Positions 1 through 11,861 of a stretch of 64,000 nt of DNA are shown piece after piece; the stretch's first letter is position 1; the number at the start of each line of letters is the position of its first letter. The translations under genes and the position numbers were made by a program. The DNA is from Octopus sinensis (lineage: Eukaryota): the NCBI RefSeq assembly GCF_006345805.1, contig NC_043011.1:55440464-55504463 (forward strand), read 5' to 3'. The notes beneath the pieces are model-generated. The model did no database searches. It had not been told where the DNA came from and was given only the letters and a program-made list of their open reading frames with translations.

Positions 1-466
1 TCATCTGGAACTTGATGGAAATTACATCAAATAAGAGATTTCCTTGTGTTTTGGGAGGGTCATTATACCGGTAATGATAATGAACATATGCTCTGTTTCC
101 ACTTTTTTATTGTGAGTCAATTGGTTAAAATATATCACCAACTAAATAACCAATTGTTTGTCAAAGTCCCTTTGTCGCTATTCACAACCTCATCAATGAC
201 ATGCCCTCACTCTTCAAGGCAGGTATGTGTGTGTGTATACACGCTGCCGGACAGAATCTTACGACCAGTGAAAAAACTGCCAAAATGAACTCCTTGCACA
301 ATGATATATTTGACTTTTTCATTATAGATTCATAATTGGCAAATAGAAAAGGATATAGGAAAACCTAAAGAAATGTTTAACATTTAATGCAGAAAATATG
401 CATTGTAATGAAAATGAACAATATTTTGCCTGGTCAGACATTTAAGACCATGAAAAATAAGTTTAA

Positions 467-687
467 CCCTTTAGCATTTAAACCAGCCATATCCGGCCAA
501 AAGTATTCTGCCTGTTTTATGTTCAAACTGGCCAGGTCTGGTCTCTCACACCAAACCTGCAATATCTTTTAAAAAATAACAGCTACCTCATCAAAATCTC
601 ATAGCTACAAGATTAATGCCTGATTAGTTCAAAACAATGTGGATAAAAAAGGATTAACTTTGGTAGAATAATGCAAACACTATAGGG
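467..687. mobile_element. piggyBac-type MITE
   Basis: TTAA|CCCTTTAG at 463-470 and ATAGGG|TTAA at 682-691 give CCC/GGG termini with TTAA TSD; related copy at 2383-2591. Confidence 0.75.
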
Positions 688-777
688 TTAAATCTGGTAT
701 AAACTGTAAAAATTCTAGTGTTTATGCTTTCTCTGTGTCAACATCTGCCAGTTGCTGTCTATTTCACAAGAACAATG

Positions 778-1100
778 ATGAGTAAAGCTAATATGTTGAT
801 GAATTTTGAACGTGGTGGAATTGTAGAGTTCCAGCATCAAGGTCTTTCTCAGTGTGCCATCTCCAGTGAAACCACCATTGTGAACTTCTTGCAAGATCCT
901 GAGGCATATGGATTGCAAAAATCAACCAGCCAACCAAAGAAAATATCACCAGCGTTGAGTAGAAGGATTTGATGGGAAGTTAGGGAAGCCACTAGTCAAC
1001 CATCAAACCAGATTGAGGCACTTGCAAACATGGGATGCAGCTCAAGGATGATAAGACGACATTTGAGAGAGAGAGGAACTTTGAAAGTCTTAACTTTTTC
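778..1100 (+). mobile_element. Degenerate Tc3/Tc1-like transposase N-terminal HTH fragment
   Basis: Translation MSKANMLMNFERGGIVEFQHQGLSQCAI...FLQDPEAYGLQKSTSQPKKISPALSRRI matches the Tc3-type paired HTH pattern (FERGxI..., FLxDPxxYGxxKxxGRP); stops follow. Confidence 0.7.
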
Positions 1101-2107
1101 GTTACTATATTTCTGACCGAAATACACCCCTCATGAGTTTCATTTGAATTCTAAAATAATCATGAATTGTGGGGGCAGTCACTCATCTCAAAAGAAACTC
1201 ATAATTTTCTAAGAGATCAATTATTTTATTTTTCGCATCTTGAGCTGCAATATGTCCGAATGCATGTGTTGGGGTGTTTTTCATTTTTACCATTTCCTTC
1301 ACAGTACCACAGACTTTTGTTACATTTGATCCAAATTGTTCTTAACTCAGCATTACTAATGTGTGCAAAATATTTTGTTTAGTTGGTCTCTCAAGAACTA
1401 CACAGTTCTTTTAATGATTTTATTCAACCATTTGTTGCCAAGGCTGAATAAGAAGTGCTATTTGTTGGTAGTTGGTGCTTGGTTTCAGTAAAAGTTCAGA
1501 GAAAAAAAAAACATAGCAATTAGCAGAAATAGAAACGTGTTTGGAACAGCAAAAGATTCTCCTGCAATTTTTATTGACTGTTTTCTGTCAGATGTTTTGA
1601 CATAATCTTATAATCCTGATTAAATGGCTTAAGAAATACCATTGGTTTTTAGCTTCCTTTGTGGGCAGTAAGTTGCATATATTAACCTCTAACACAGAAT
1701 TAGCTGAAAATATTGTTTGTTTGTTTTTTCGTGAGAGAGAGAGTATAATAAGGGCTTTAGTTTTCCTTTGATCTATTCACCTTCAAACGTGCCAAAGGTT
1801 TTTCTGTTGTCAAGTGTTTTACTAAATATTTTCTAATCATTGCTTATTCAGTTATGAACCCCAACAGTCCTGGGTGAAAGTTTTGTTGAGTAGGGAGTGG
1901 ATGGAACAACTTGAATTTATAAAATATTGTCTATTTGATTCTGTTTAATATTGTACCTAAACTGAAATATTATTTAAACTGGCCAGATCCAGCCTTCTCA
2001 CCTATCCTACAATGCCATTCTAAAAATAGTCATAATGTAAATAGATAAGCATTACATTGGAGAGAGTAATCTGAATGCTAATGAATTCTATTAATGTGTC
2101 CAAAGTT

Positions 2108-2307
2108 ATCATCATCATCGTTTAACGTCCGCTTTCCATGCTAGTATGGGTTGGACGAATGACTGAGGGCTGGCGAACCAGATGGCTGCACCAGGCTTCA
2201 ATCTTGATCTGGCAGAGTTTCTACAGCTGGATGCCCTTCCTAACGCCAACCACTCCGAGAGTGTAGTGGGTGCTTTTACGTGCCACTAGCACGAGGCCAG
2301 TAAGGCA
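2108..2307 (-). mobile_element. RTE LINE 3' UTR fragment with (GAT)n tail
   Basis: Reverse-complement of ...GGTTGGCGTTAGGAAGGGCATCCAGCTGTAGAAAC...CGGACGTTAAACGATGATGAT; same sequence is contiguous with RTE RT C-terminus at 13650-14460 and 29062-29715. Confidence 0.75.
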
Positions 2308-2382
2308 CATAAAACTTAAACTCTACAATTTCTATTGATGGAGTCACTGTTATTCTGGAAGCTGAATTATTCAGTTATCAGA

Positions 2383-2591
2383 CATTTAAACCAGCCATAT
2401 CCAGTCAAAATATTCTACCTGTTATATGTTCAAACTGGCCAGGTGTGGCTTTTTGCACCTACCCTACAATGTCAGTCTATAGACATGCACCCCTTCAAAA
2501 TCACAAAAGTTTTGAGATAATGCATGATTAATTCAAAACAATTTGAATAGATGTGCAGTAAATTTGACTGACTAATCCAAATGCTAAAGGG
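2383..2591. mobile_element. piggyBac-type MITE, left end lost
   Basis: Internal similarity to 467-687 (ATTTAAACCAGCCATATCC...TTCAAACTGGCCAGG); ends ATGCTAAAGGG|TTAA. Confidence 0.65.
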
Positions 2592-2763
2592 TTAATATGG
2601 TTTAGACTGTGAGAAACATGAGGTACCTTTACAATTCATACGTGAAATGTTCTTTGAAATATTTTCATTTGTTAGGATTTTTTTTTCTTGAAAATGCATA
2701 TTATATTTTAATAATTAAGAAAAGTTGAACCTCCAACTTACAAGTTAAGGATTTTATACAATA

Positions 2764-3097
2764 CTAACACTTTGACCCAGCAACGCCGGGTCATAGTGCA
2801 TGCATATACAGCTGCGTGCGTGCGCACATACACGCGAGTACTGTCCAAATCTCCGACCAATCACATACAGCTAGCTGGCATTCAATTGGCGTATCAAGTT
2901 TTGAGCATTTTGATTGGGTTTTGGATGGAAAATTCAGAAAAAAATCACTTCTATTGATTTTTTAATGGCTTTGCGAGGTGACTGCACGACCACCCTTGGA
3001 CGGTTTTGAATGACCGTAGAAAGCCCTCCAAGTGAAAAATTGTGGATTTGTATAAAGGACACACACGCAGACATTTTGCTGTTTATATATAGGGAGA
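2764..3097 (-). mobile_element. Non-autonomous Helitron
   Basis: On minus strand begins A|TC(TC)CCTATATATAAAC and ends with CACTATGACCCGGCGTTGCTGGGTCAAAGTG hairpin then TTAG|T; homologous to 28382-28746 and 49899-50218. Confidence 0.75.
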
Positions 3098-3531
3098 TTG
3101 TAGGTTAGATTGATAACAGCATTCACCAACTGAAACGAAAGAGTCACAGTCAATAGTATGACAATGGTAAAATATCTAAACTGTAAATTTGTTGTTGTTG
3201 CTGTTGCCTGCTTTAATGACAGCTCTGATCTAGAAGTCTTGTGGCAGACAATTGGTCAGCCAAAATACTGGGGAAGAGGCTCAGATATCTGTTGTGCCAG
3301 TTCTATCAGGCTTCTACCTAATTGAAAACCATATTGCACACTGTGACACAGCTGGTGAATAAGAACGGTGCTATAATGGCCAGCAAATAATAAAGTTGGA
3401 GATTTTAAAGAGTTTTATTTTTGTTAAACCTTTCAGTTCTCTTGTAATGTAAATATTTACCAATTAGGATGTATCTTGAGAGTTGTGATTAAAATCTAAT
3501 GTTTTGTACTTTGGTTTTGTTCTATCTGCAG

Positions 3532-3901
3532 GTATCATGGTCGTGATCGTAGAGGATGGCATGGCGGACGTGGTGGCGGCGGCGGTGGCTACAGAGATCG
3601 TGGTTATCATGATCGAGGAGGGAACTATTATGATCGCAACAGTGGGGGTTACCGCAATTACCATAATCGCAATGATGGTTACCATGATCGTGGCGGCAAT
3701 TATCGTGACCGCAGTGGAGGCTATCACAACTATGGTGGTAGTGGTGGTGGCTACCATGGCGGCGGGGGTGGGGGTGGCTACCATGGTGGAAGGAATCATG
3801 GTGGGGGTGGGGGTTATCGGGGTGGCTATCAAAATCATAACCAATACCAGGCACGTCAATATTATAATAGAGACCGATACAATCCATACCAAAGGAATTA
3901 A
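3532..3901 (+). CDS. Terminal coding exon of an RGG/Tyr-rich RNA-binding protein; candidate RAM/RAMAC (FAM103A1-like) C-terminal half
   Basis: Polypyrimidine tract and TGCAG acceptor ending 3531; phase-2 exon reads YHGRDRRGWHGGRGGGGGGYRDRGYHDRGG...YNRDRYNPYQRN* (122 aa, TAA 3899-3901); RGG/YGG repeats and terminal R-x-x-PY; upstream exon(s) not found in window; AATAAA at 4296. Confidence 0.75.
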
Positions 3902-4719
3902 CTTTGGATCATTGATATATAGTGGTGCTCCGGTCTAATAAAAGACAGGGCTGAGGGGAAAATATTGTTAAATCCTTTACTTGGTTAACTTTCAAATATA
4001 ATATGAATGAACTTCTTATTCCAGTCCATTGCAAAAAAAAAAAAAGGGTTAACCACCATTATTCATCTTTTTAAATTTGATCATTATCTTTTTTTTTAAA
4101 CATTGGTTTTTGGAAAAATAAAATTTAAAAATTACAAAATGTATTTGATTGTAATCTTTTTAAATCTGGTCCTCTTTAATTCCATTTTACTCTCTTTGTG
4201 TCCGTGTTACAAATCAGCTGACCATTTTTAGCTGTACTCCCTTCTTTTAGCACTGATGCTGTTCCCTTTATAGGCACAAATGTAGTTCTTTCCCAAATAA
4301 ATTGTACTTTATATTCGAGGCTCTGATGAAGCTGTCAGCTGTTATTCAGGCATTCAACTACAAGTCCGCTGCATCTTATGGCAGAAACACCTGTGAGCTA
4401 ATGAAGTTCATAAAATAATCCTTTATTCTTTTGTCATCCTTTCTTATCACTGCTCTAAACTCAGCCAACACTTCCTTCTCAAACATCCGTATATTGAGTT
4501 CTACACAAAGTTATTGGTTTCGCAATGCCTAAGTGAAATATATATTATTGGAAGAAAGAAAATCTTGCCTCAATAAATGGAAAAGTGAACATTGAAGAAT
4601 GATTATTATATATGCATGTGTATGTGTATATATATATACGCACGCACTGGGTGCTTATGCTAAATTTGACAATTTGCATGAAAGGGAAAAGAAAACAATT
4701 TCCCATCAAAAAATAAATG

Positions 4720-5150
4720 TCATCATCATCATTTAACGTCCGCTTTTCATGCTAGCATGGGTTGGACGATTTTGACTGAGGGCTGGTGAACCAGGCTCCA
4801 ATCTTGATCTGGCAGAGTTTCTACAGCTGGATGCCCTTCCTAATGCCAACCACTCCGTGAGTGTAGTGGGTGCTTTTTACATGCCACTGGCACGGGGGCC
4901 AGTCGGGCAGTACTGGCAATGACCTCGCTTGAATCTTTTTACATATGCCAGTAAGGCGACGTTGGTAACGATCACGCTCGAATGGTGCCCTTTTACATGC
5001 CACTGGCACAGAAGCCAGTTGGGTGTTCTGGGAGCGATCACGCTCGGATAGTGCTCTTGGCACCCTACTAGCACGGGCACAAGTGCCAGTAAGGTGATGC
5101 TGGTGACGATCACGCTCATATGGTGCTCTTTGCACCCTGCTAGCATGGAC
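4720..5150 (-). mobile_element. RTE LINE 3' UTR fragment with internal GTGCCAC-unit array
   Basis: (CAT)n tail, CTGGATGCCCTTCCTAATGCCAACC core, several repeated GTGCC/GGCAC units. Confidence 0.75.
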
Positions 5151-5169
5151 ACCAATTTTTAAAAATTAA

Positions 5170-5390
5170 AACATTCTCAACTGGATGGCTGGGAGATATC
5201 AGTTTCCTCAAAGTAGCTGCCCTCGGCTTCCTCCACAGCCTCAAGACGGCTCTGGAATCTGTCAACACCTTGGTGTTGTTGGCAGACTGGTCAGTGTCTT
5301 GACCATACCCAAGACATAATAATCCATAGGATTACAATTGAGGGAAATTAGGTGCGCAGAAATTGAAGTTGTGTAAATTCTCCAACAACT
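5170..5390 (-). mobile_element. Tc1/mariner (maT/DD37D-like) transposase C-terminal fragment
   Basis: Minus-strand NCNPMDYYVLGMVKTLT and (frameshifted) RFQSRLEAVEEAEGSYFE resemble SPDxNPxDYxxWG and RFRSRLEAVxxAxGxxxE motifs. Confidence 0.6.
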
Positions 5391-5391
5391 A

Positions 5392-5800
5392 TTGGGTCAT
5401 CCCATTAATGCAGTTTTTTTATTCTTCATTTATTTTTCAAAATTAAAACTTCTTTTTTAATCTAAAATAGACGCTCCTTCATTTTCTACAATGCTCTTCT
5501 ATCTATCTGATAAATTTGCAAGGCTCCTCTTGCAAAATTCACTTGTCCATGACGAAAAATACTCCTTCAGTGCTGTTCTAACCACATCTACACAATTCAT
5601 ATTTTTTCCATCCAAATGATTTTGATGACTGGAATATGGTGGGTGGGGCATCATTTCCCATTCAAACTGCTCCAGCCTTTGGAATGTCATCCTCGCTGTA
5701 TGTGGCCAAGCATTATGCTGATGGAAGAACACCTTTCGTCTTGAAACTAAGTTATTAAACCTGCATAACCATGTGTCTGAATGGTAAGAAACTATTCATA
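5392..5800 (-). mobile_element. Mariner transposon 3' fragment
   Basis: TA|TTGGGTCATCCCATT terminal repeat; HQHNAWPHTA...PHPPYSS motifs (QDNAxPH, HPPYSPDL). Confidence 0.8.
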
Positions 5801-5822
5801 GCTCTTATTTTAATACAGTCTG

Positions 5823-6200
5823 CATCATCATTTGACGTCTGTTTTCCATGCTAGCATGGGCTGGACAGTTTGACCAGGGTCTGGGAAGCCAGGAGGCTGC
5901 ACTAGGCTCCAGTCTAATCTGGCAATGTTTCTACAGCTGGATGCCCTTCCTAATGCCAACCGCTCCTTGAGTGTAGTGGGTGCTTTCTATGTGCTACCGG
6001 CACAGGTGCCAGGGGAGGCTGGCAGCAGTCATGATCAGTTGGTGCTTTTTACGTGCCACCAGCACAGAAGCCAGTCAAGGCGGCGCTGGCATCGGCCACG
6101 TTCGGATGGTACATTTTACGTGCCACCGGCAAAGGTGCCTTACTTACAATCTCCATTTGATATTTATTTTGATGTTGATTTTCTCACTGGATGGAGTAAT
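5823..6200 (-). mobile_element. RTE LINE 3' UTR fragment
   Basis: (CAT)n tail plus family core and GTGCCAC units. Confidence 0.75.
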
Positions 6201-6259
6201 TTCTTTGTTGATCTACCTAAACAAAATAATAAGCTACATATATATAATATATGTATATA

Positions 6260-6459
6260 CAGGGTGTCCAATAAAACACTCCCAACAGCATTGTTCTGGG
6301 GTGGTGGCCATCTTGGATTTCCTTGTGTTCACGTCAAAGATGATAGGTCACCTGAAAGTAAGAGAAAATTGTTAGGGAATCTGTGGACACTATAATTATA
6401 AATATTGAATTGATTTAGATATAGCATCGTGAAATCGGAGTGTTTTTATTGGCACCTTA
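6260..6459. mobile_element. Tc1/mariner-type MITE
   Basis: TA|CAGGGTGTCCAATAAAACACTCC and inverted GGAGTGTTTTTATTGGCACCTTA|TA. Confidence 0.7.
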
Positions 6460-6470
6460 TATATGTGTGT

Positions 6471-6720
6471 GGAGGTGCAATGGCCCAGTGGTTAGGGCAG
6501 CGGTTTCGATTCCCAGACCGGGCGTTGTGAGTGTTTATTGAGCAAAAACACATAAAGCTCCATGAGGATCTGGCAGGGAGTGGTGACGATCCCTGCTGTA
6601 CTCTTTCGCCACAACTTTCTCTCTTTCTTCTGTTGGCCTGCTCGCTTAGCCAGCGGAGTGGCGTCATTTGAAGGCTAAAACAATGCAAAGTGCGATGTGT
6701 AGTAACATCTAATAGCCTGG
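6471..6720 (+). mobile_element. tRNA-derived SINE (CORE-like central segment)
   Basis: A-box TGGCCCAGTGG, B-box GTTTCGATTCC, then TTGAGCAAAAACAC CORE-like motif. Confidence 0.55.
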
Positions 6721-6740
6721 TCAATGACGGTGATATATAT

Positions 6741-6939
6741 ATCTGTAAAACAATATGTGACAATTATTCGGTAGCCAAGATAAAACTCTCGGATGCCGAG
6801 GTGGAAATCCACACCACCATCTCTTTGGTTATCTGGCCAGATAACCAAAGAGATGGTGGTGTGGATTTCCACCTCAGCATCCGAAACTCAAAATTTTATC
6901 TTGGCTACCGAATAACTGTCACATATTATATTTACAGAT
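6741..6939. repeat. Zero-spacer palindrome (foldback), arms about 100 bp
   Basis: Centre TTATCTGG|CCAGATAA at 6836/6837; arms pair out to ATCTGTAAA/TTTACAGAT with few mismatches. Confidence 0.9.
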
Positions 6940-8186
6940 AAATTCCTCTGTTTACATAATATTGAAGTCTCTTTCTTTCTTTTGTTATCTTACCGTTTTT
7001 ACCAATATATATATATGTGTGTGTGTGTGTATATATATATATATTTGTACATATATACACACATATATAAATACAAATGTCTATATATTGAAAACACTAA
7101 ATGATATAAATCTTTTGAGATATGCCTTCATACACATATTTTGATTATTTGTTTTATAATATACAAATAATAATATAAATTATACAGACTGAAAGTTTGA
7201 AGTATTGTTTTTGCTGGTGGTGGTGATAATGGTGTTGTTTAGCACCAGATTTTCCATTGTTTTTCAGACTCTAAAACCAATCAACCCCATTCCATTCTAG
7301 CCCTGACCATCCTATCTATCATCTTCTCAGGCATTGTTTATCTAGGATTACACCATGCAATGTGTCCTTTTCAAGATGATAGTGTATATAATTTGAACAA
7401 AATACCTGCTATTTCTAGCAGGTCGACTAACCACACAGACTCCCAAATTTTTTTTAAAGTCTGATATATATATATACATATATATTTTTGTCATGATGGC
7501 AGTTGTCTTTCTGAAGACTCCTCAACAGCGATGATTGATGGAGGAGACACTGAAATAGCAGCTGTGACTGCTGCCAGCTCTGCTCATAAAATGGCATTTT
7601 TATTCATTACTCAACGGTTAATTTTTAATGACAAAATAGAGTTTAAGAATTAATCATTAAAAGAAGTCGAAAGTTTCAAGAGAGAGAAAGAAAGCCACCA
7701 TAAAGAATGGTTTTCTTCTTCAAATTTTAATTGGTATCTGGTGTCTCTGACGTTTCCAATGAACTTGCCTTCAAATAAATAAAATAATTAAAAGATAAAA
7801 AAAAAAAAATTAATATTACACATATCTGATGTCGCTAATGTATATATGCTGCTGTGTGTGTGTGTGTGATGATTTAATATGCTTATGTTTCTTTGTTATC
7901 AATTATTCACTTTATTGTATAAACATGCTTCCCCACACTTAAATACACAATAAATTACATTCACAACAGAGGTTTATGTGTGTGTGTGTGTGTGTGTGCA
8001 TGTACGAGTGTGAGTATAAAAACAACAGTCAGTCACTAAACACACTCATTCCGGAAGGAGAGATTAATTCTGTGCATGAATGTGACTATAAGTGTGTGTG
8101 TGTGTGTACGGGGGGGGAGTGTTTCACAATAACAGTCTCCATGTATTTGTGGAATCTCAAAGATATTTAAATTATATATTTATATA

Positions 8187-8566
8187 GGCGCAGGAGTGGT
8201 AAGTAGCTTGCTTACCAACCACATGGTTCCGGGTTCAGTCCCACTGCGTGGCACCTTGGGCGAGTGTCTTCTACTATAGCCTCGGGCCGACCGAAGCCTT
8301 GTCAGTGGATTTGGTAGATGGAAACTGAAAGAAGCCCGTCGTATATATAAATATGTGTTTGTGTGTCTGTGTTTGTCCTCCCCCCACCAACATCGCTTGA
8401 CAACCGATGCTGGTGTGTTTATGTCACCGTAACTTAGCAGTTCAGCAAAAGAGACCGATAGAATAAGTACTAGGCTTACAAAGAATAGGTCTTGGGGTCG
8501 ATTTGCTCGACTAAAGGCGGTGCTCCAGCATGGCCGCAGTCAAATGACTGAAACAAGTAAAAGAGT
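8187..8566 (+). mobile_element. Octopus-type tRNA-derived SINE (OR-like), full length
   Basis: GGCGCAGGAGTGG head, GGTTCAGTCCC B-box, CCTTGGGCGAGTGTCTT CORE-like motif, internal (AT/GT)n, tail CAAATGACTGAAACAAGTAAAAGAG; about ten copies in window. Confidence 0.85.
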
Positions 8567-8816
8567 ATATACATGTGCAGCTTATAAATTATCTGCTTTT
8601 AAATATACAGGTATGTTTTCATATGTGCATGTATGTATGTGTGTGAGTGTATATACATGTATATAAAATATTTAAGCATTAGTTTGGCAAAATATTTTTG
8701 CTGGACTTAACAAATATGGATTATGTCTTTTATTTTATTCACCCTCACACTTATCTTTGAGTACTTTGTTCATCAAGTTTGTCTTTGATGCCAGCATGGG
8801 TTGGATGGTTTGACGA

Positions 8817-9050
8817 AGGCGGCGAGCTGGCAGAAACGTTAGCATGCTGGGTGAAATGCTTTGCGGTATTTCGTCTGCCGCTACGTTCTGAGTTCAAATT
8901 CCGCCAAGGTCGACTTTGCCTTTCATCCTTTCGGGGTCGATAAATTAAGTACCAGTTACGCACTGGGATCGATATAATCAACTTAATCCGTTTGTCTGTC
9001 CTGGTTTGTCCCCTCTGTGTTTAGCTCCTTGTAGGTAGTGAAGAAATAGG
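8817..9050 (+). mobile_element. Second SINE family (tRNA head, GGTCGACTTTGCCTTTCATCC central domain, LINE-like tail)
   Basis: GAGTTCAAATTCC B-box; copies at 12996, 53251 and 56927; tail TTTGTCTGTCC...GTGAAGAAATA. Confidence 0.8.
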
Positions 9051-9499
9051 TTTGACAGCTTAAACATGCTGGTGACACAAAGCAGAGGGGCCGGGAGAGA
9101 TGGACGAGGTAGGTTGGGAAACTGACCAACACAACCAAAGAGTGGACTGGTGTTTGTAAGGGGATGGCTTAATCACTGAGCCTAGAATGGCAACTTGAGT
9201 CATTTTTGCTTGACCTTACAAGAGGGGAAGGTTGACAGAGAAGATAGCAGACTGGCCACATCCACTGAAGAGACACAATACATCGAAATCATGGGAGCAG
9301 GCCATTCTGGATCCCATAGCAGATGATACTCATCTGCCAATGTTATAAATATGTGTGCTTTTATGGTGTATGAGAACTCCTCCTTATGGAGATATTAGTC
9401 AATATTGCAATATTCAGCATTCTAACGAAACATCCAGATTAAATTGGATGCAAAGATTGTCTGGTGGTATTAATACTGCATCTGTCGTTAGTAATTATA

Positions 9500-9573
9500 T
9501 ATATACACACACACACATATATATATAGATGCATATAATATATACATACACACACACACACATATACACAGAC

Positions 9574-9628
<55 letters not shown>

Positions 9629-9646
9629 CATATATACACACACACA
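9500..9646. repeat. (AT)n/(AC)n microsatellite
   Basis: Direct inspection. Confidence 0.9.
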
Positions 9647-10127
9647 TCAAGCGAGGCTGGCAGCGGCCACGATCGGTTGGTGCTTTTTACGTGCCACCAG
9701 CACAGAAGCCAGCACCACCTTGACTGGCTATTTCCATGAGAGATGCAAAAAAAAAAAAGTCACTAAACATTTTTGAAGTGTTTGTAATTTATTTATTTCA
9801 AATTTGATGATTCACTCCACGTTTACTTTCCTTTTCTTGTTCTGTGTGTGTGTGTTCAGGAGACAGAGATCAGTGTACAGGCAATTATTGAAATAAATTG
9901 GTTAATTCTAAATACTTCAGCAATTACTTGACCACAAATAAATGTCAAGTAATTCTATTCACTTAACAAACTTTCAATTACCTTCCATTGCTACAACAAC
10001 ACAAAAAATGGCAAATACTTTAAATACACACAGTTTTCTTTTAGTTTTCACCTGGCTCAAATGATCAGCTTTAAACTTTTTATTGGATTTTATCCAATAC
10101 AAACACAATTATTTTCTCAGGAAACTA

Positions 10128-10484
10128 CTTACTTGTACTTGTGGCGACATTCACCCTGGGCGGGTGGAGTCGGCTTCTTCTACAACCCTCAAGGCATCTT
10201 GAACCATGGCAGCCCACGCACAACGGTCCTGCGCCAGTTCACTAGAGATAGCGAGCCAGTCACGGTTCCATCGGCGCAGGCCGACCACCTGCGGTCCCGT
10301 GAACACGGAGAGGTCCTCCTTGATCGTCGTAACCCAGGTCTTCAGCTGCCCGCCTGTGTGTTTCCGCCAGTTGGGAGAAGGACATCACGGCTCAGTTCAC
10401 TCACCGGACGCCTACATGCATGGCCAAACCACCGCAAGCGCCGTTGCAGAAGGACAGATGGAAGGGGCCGCAGAGACATAATAG
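10128..10484 (-). mobile_element. 5'-truncated RTE-type LINE with 15-bp TSD
   Basis: LLQRRLRWFGHACRRP...GGQLKTWVTTIKEDL...LAQDRCAWAAMV; (CAAGT)n-like tail; TSD TTTCTCAGGAAACTA at 10113-10127 and 10485-10499. Confidence 0.85.
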
Positions 10485-11234
10485 TTTCTCAGGAAACTAT
10501 TATGCTTTCATTAAAAAACATCCATTATTGCCACTATTTCTCAATTCAGTATCTTTTAGTCTGGCACCAACCAATCTCAAAACCTTGTAATCTTCTTCAT
10601 TTTGCAATTTTTTATATCTTTGTTGGTCTGATCCCTCAAAAATTCATTGAGGTTCTTTTCTATCAAATTCACAAGTTTTATCATTGAAAGTTTAAAGAAT
10701 TTCTTTACAAAATGACTTCAAAAATTTCCTGCTCAGCCTATGTTCATCTTCCTAATGACATATTTCATATCTTTACAAACTGGAATAAATTGGGATCGAG
10801 TGTATCCCATTTTAGGGGACAGGCAAAATTCCCTTTGATAACTAAGTAAGACTGACGTTAATTTTGTTACACAATGTTTCTTTATTTTCTTTGGTGTTTC
10901 TAAATCAGTGTGACCGACTTCATCCCTTTTCATCCAGTCTTTGAATAGAAGAATCTGGATTTCACCATATTTCTGCCTTGTATTATTTATGAACTAGATG
11001 CAACTCTTGGACCCATTGGGCCCTGTCAAAACAGTCCAACCTATGCCAGCACAGACATTAAATGATGGTGGTGGTGTTGAAGAAGATGATGATGATGAGG
11101 AGGAGGATGATGGTGATGATGATGATGATAAAAGTCCCTCTATCACTTTTATATTTATTATCTTTGAAATAGTTGTTTCTCTACAACATTTGCACCCCTC
11201 ATATTGAACTTAACCCAACTAGAAACATTTTAAT

Positions 11235-11690
11235 AGTCATCATTATCATTGTTCGACCATGGTTGAGACAATGGAATTTACTATGTTATGCCAGACTTCA
11301 CAGTCCATCATAGCATTACGGAGGTCCTGTTGCTGGATGTCTGTATCCCTGGAGATTACATCATGGTAGGAGAGTGTGCACCCTCTGGTATCGTGAGCAG
11401 ATGTTTTCCAGAGGAGAAGAGTAGAAATTACCTCATTTTCAGCTCTACAACAATGTCTAGCAAATTGGACTCTTCTACCTTTCACAAGAGATGATACAGG
11501 TGGTAATTTCCCATATATTTGTACTTTGGTTGGATGATGCTTCCACGAGAGATTTTGAGCTCTCATAAGGAGGCGAGAGTAAGTTCCATCCAACCACCTC
11601 TCTAGCTTCTTCGAGCCATATAGCAGAATTCTAATAGTAAGCGCAGTATATATTGAGAAACTGTATTTTCTACATCACATATTTGATATG
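11235..11690 (-). mobile_element. RTE-type LINE 3' end
   Basis: ORF 11246-11593 RRVQFARHC...MMDCEVWHNIV; TGA/TAA-type tail. Confidence 0.75.
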
Positions 11691-11861
11691 CCAATAGCAT
11701 ATTATCTTATTCCTTGTGTTTAGATGATAGGAGGTTGATTAAAGCTTGCAAATTGTTGATAAAGATACAGGGAAGAACACCAAGGCTAAAATGGATGTTT
11801 TACAGATACAGATACAGACAAATACATATTCACATTCATATCTGTAAGCGTAAGCAAACAA

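Noticed and set aside
3464-3938. Three long overlapping ORFs (142, 144 and 121 aa) on both strands
   Set aside because: Shadow frames of the Gly/Tyr/Arg/His low-complexity exon; the spliced frame starting at 3532 explains the composition
4321-4410. CTGATGA followed by an AGCT hairpin, hammerhead-like
   Set aside because: GTTA instead of GAAA after the stem; no NUH triplet or stem I partner
4860-5150. Repeat-spacer appearance resembling a CRISPR array
   Set aside because: Eukaryotic context, degenerate units inside an RTE 3' UTR, no cas genes
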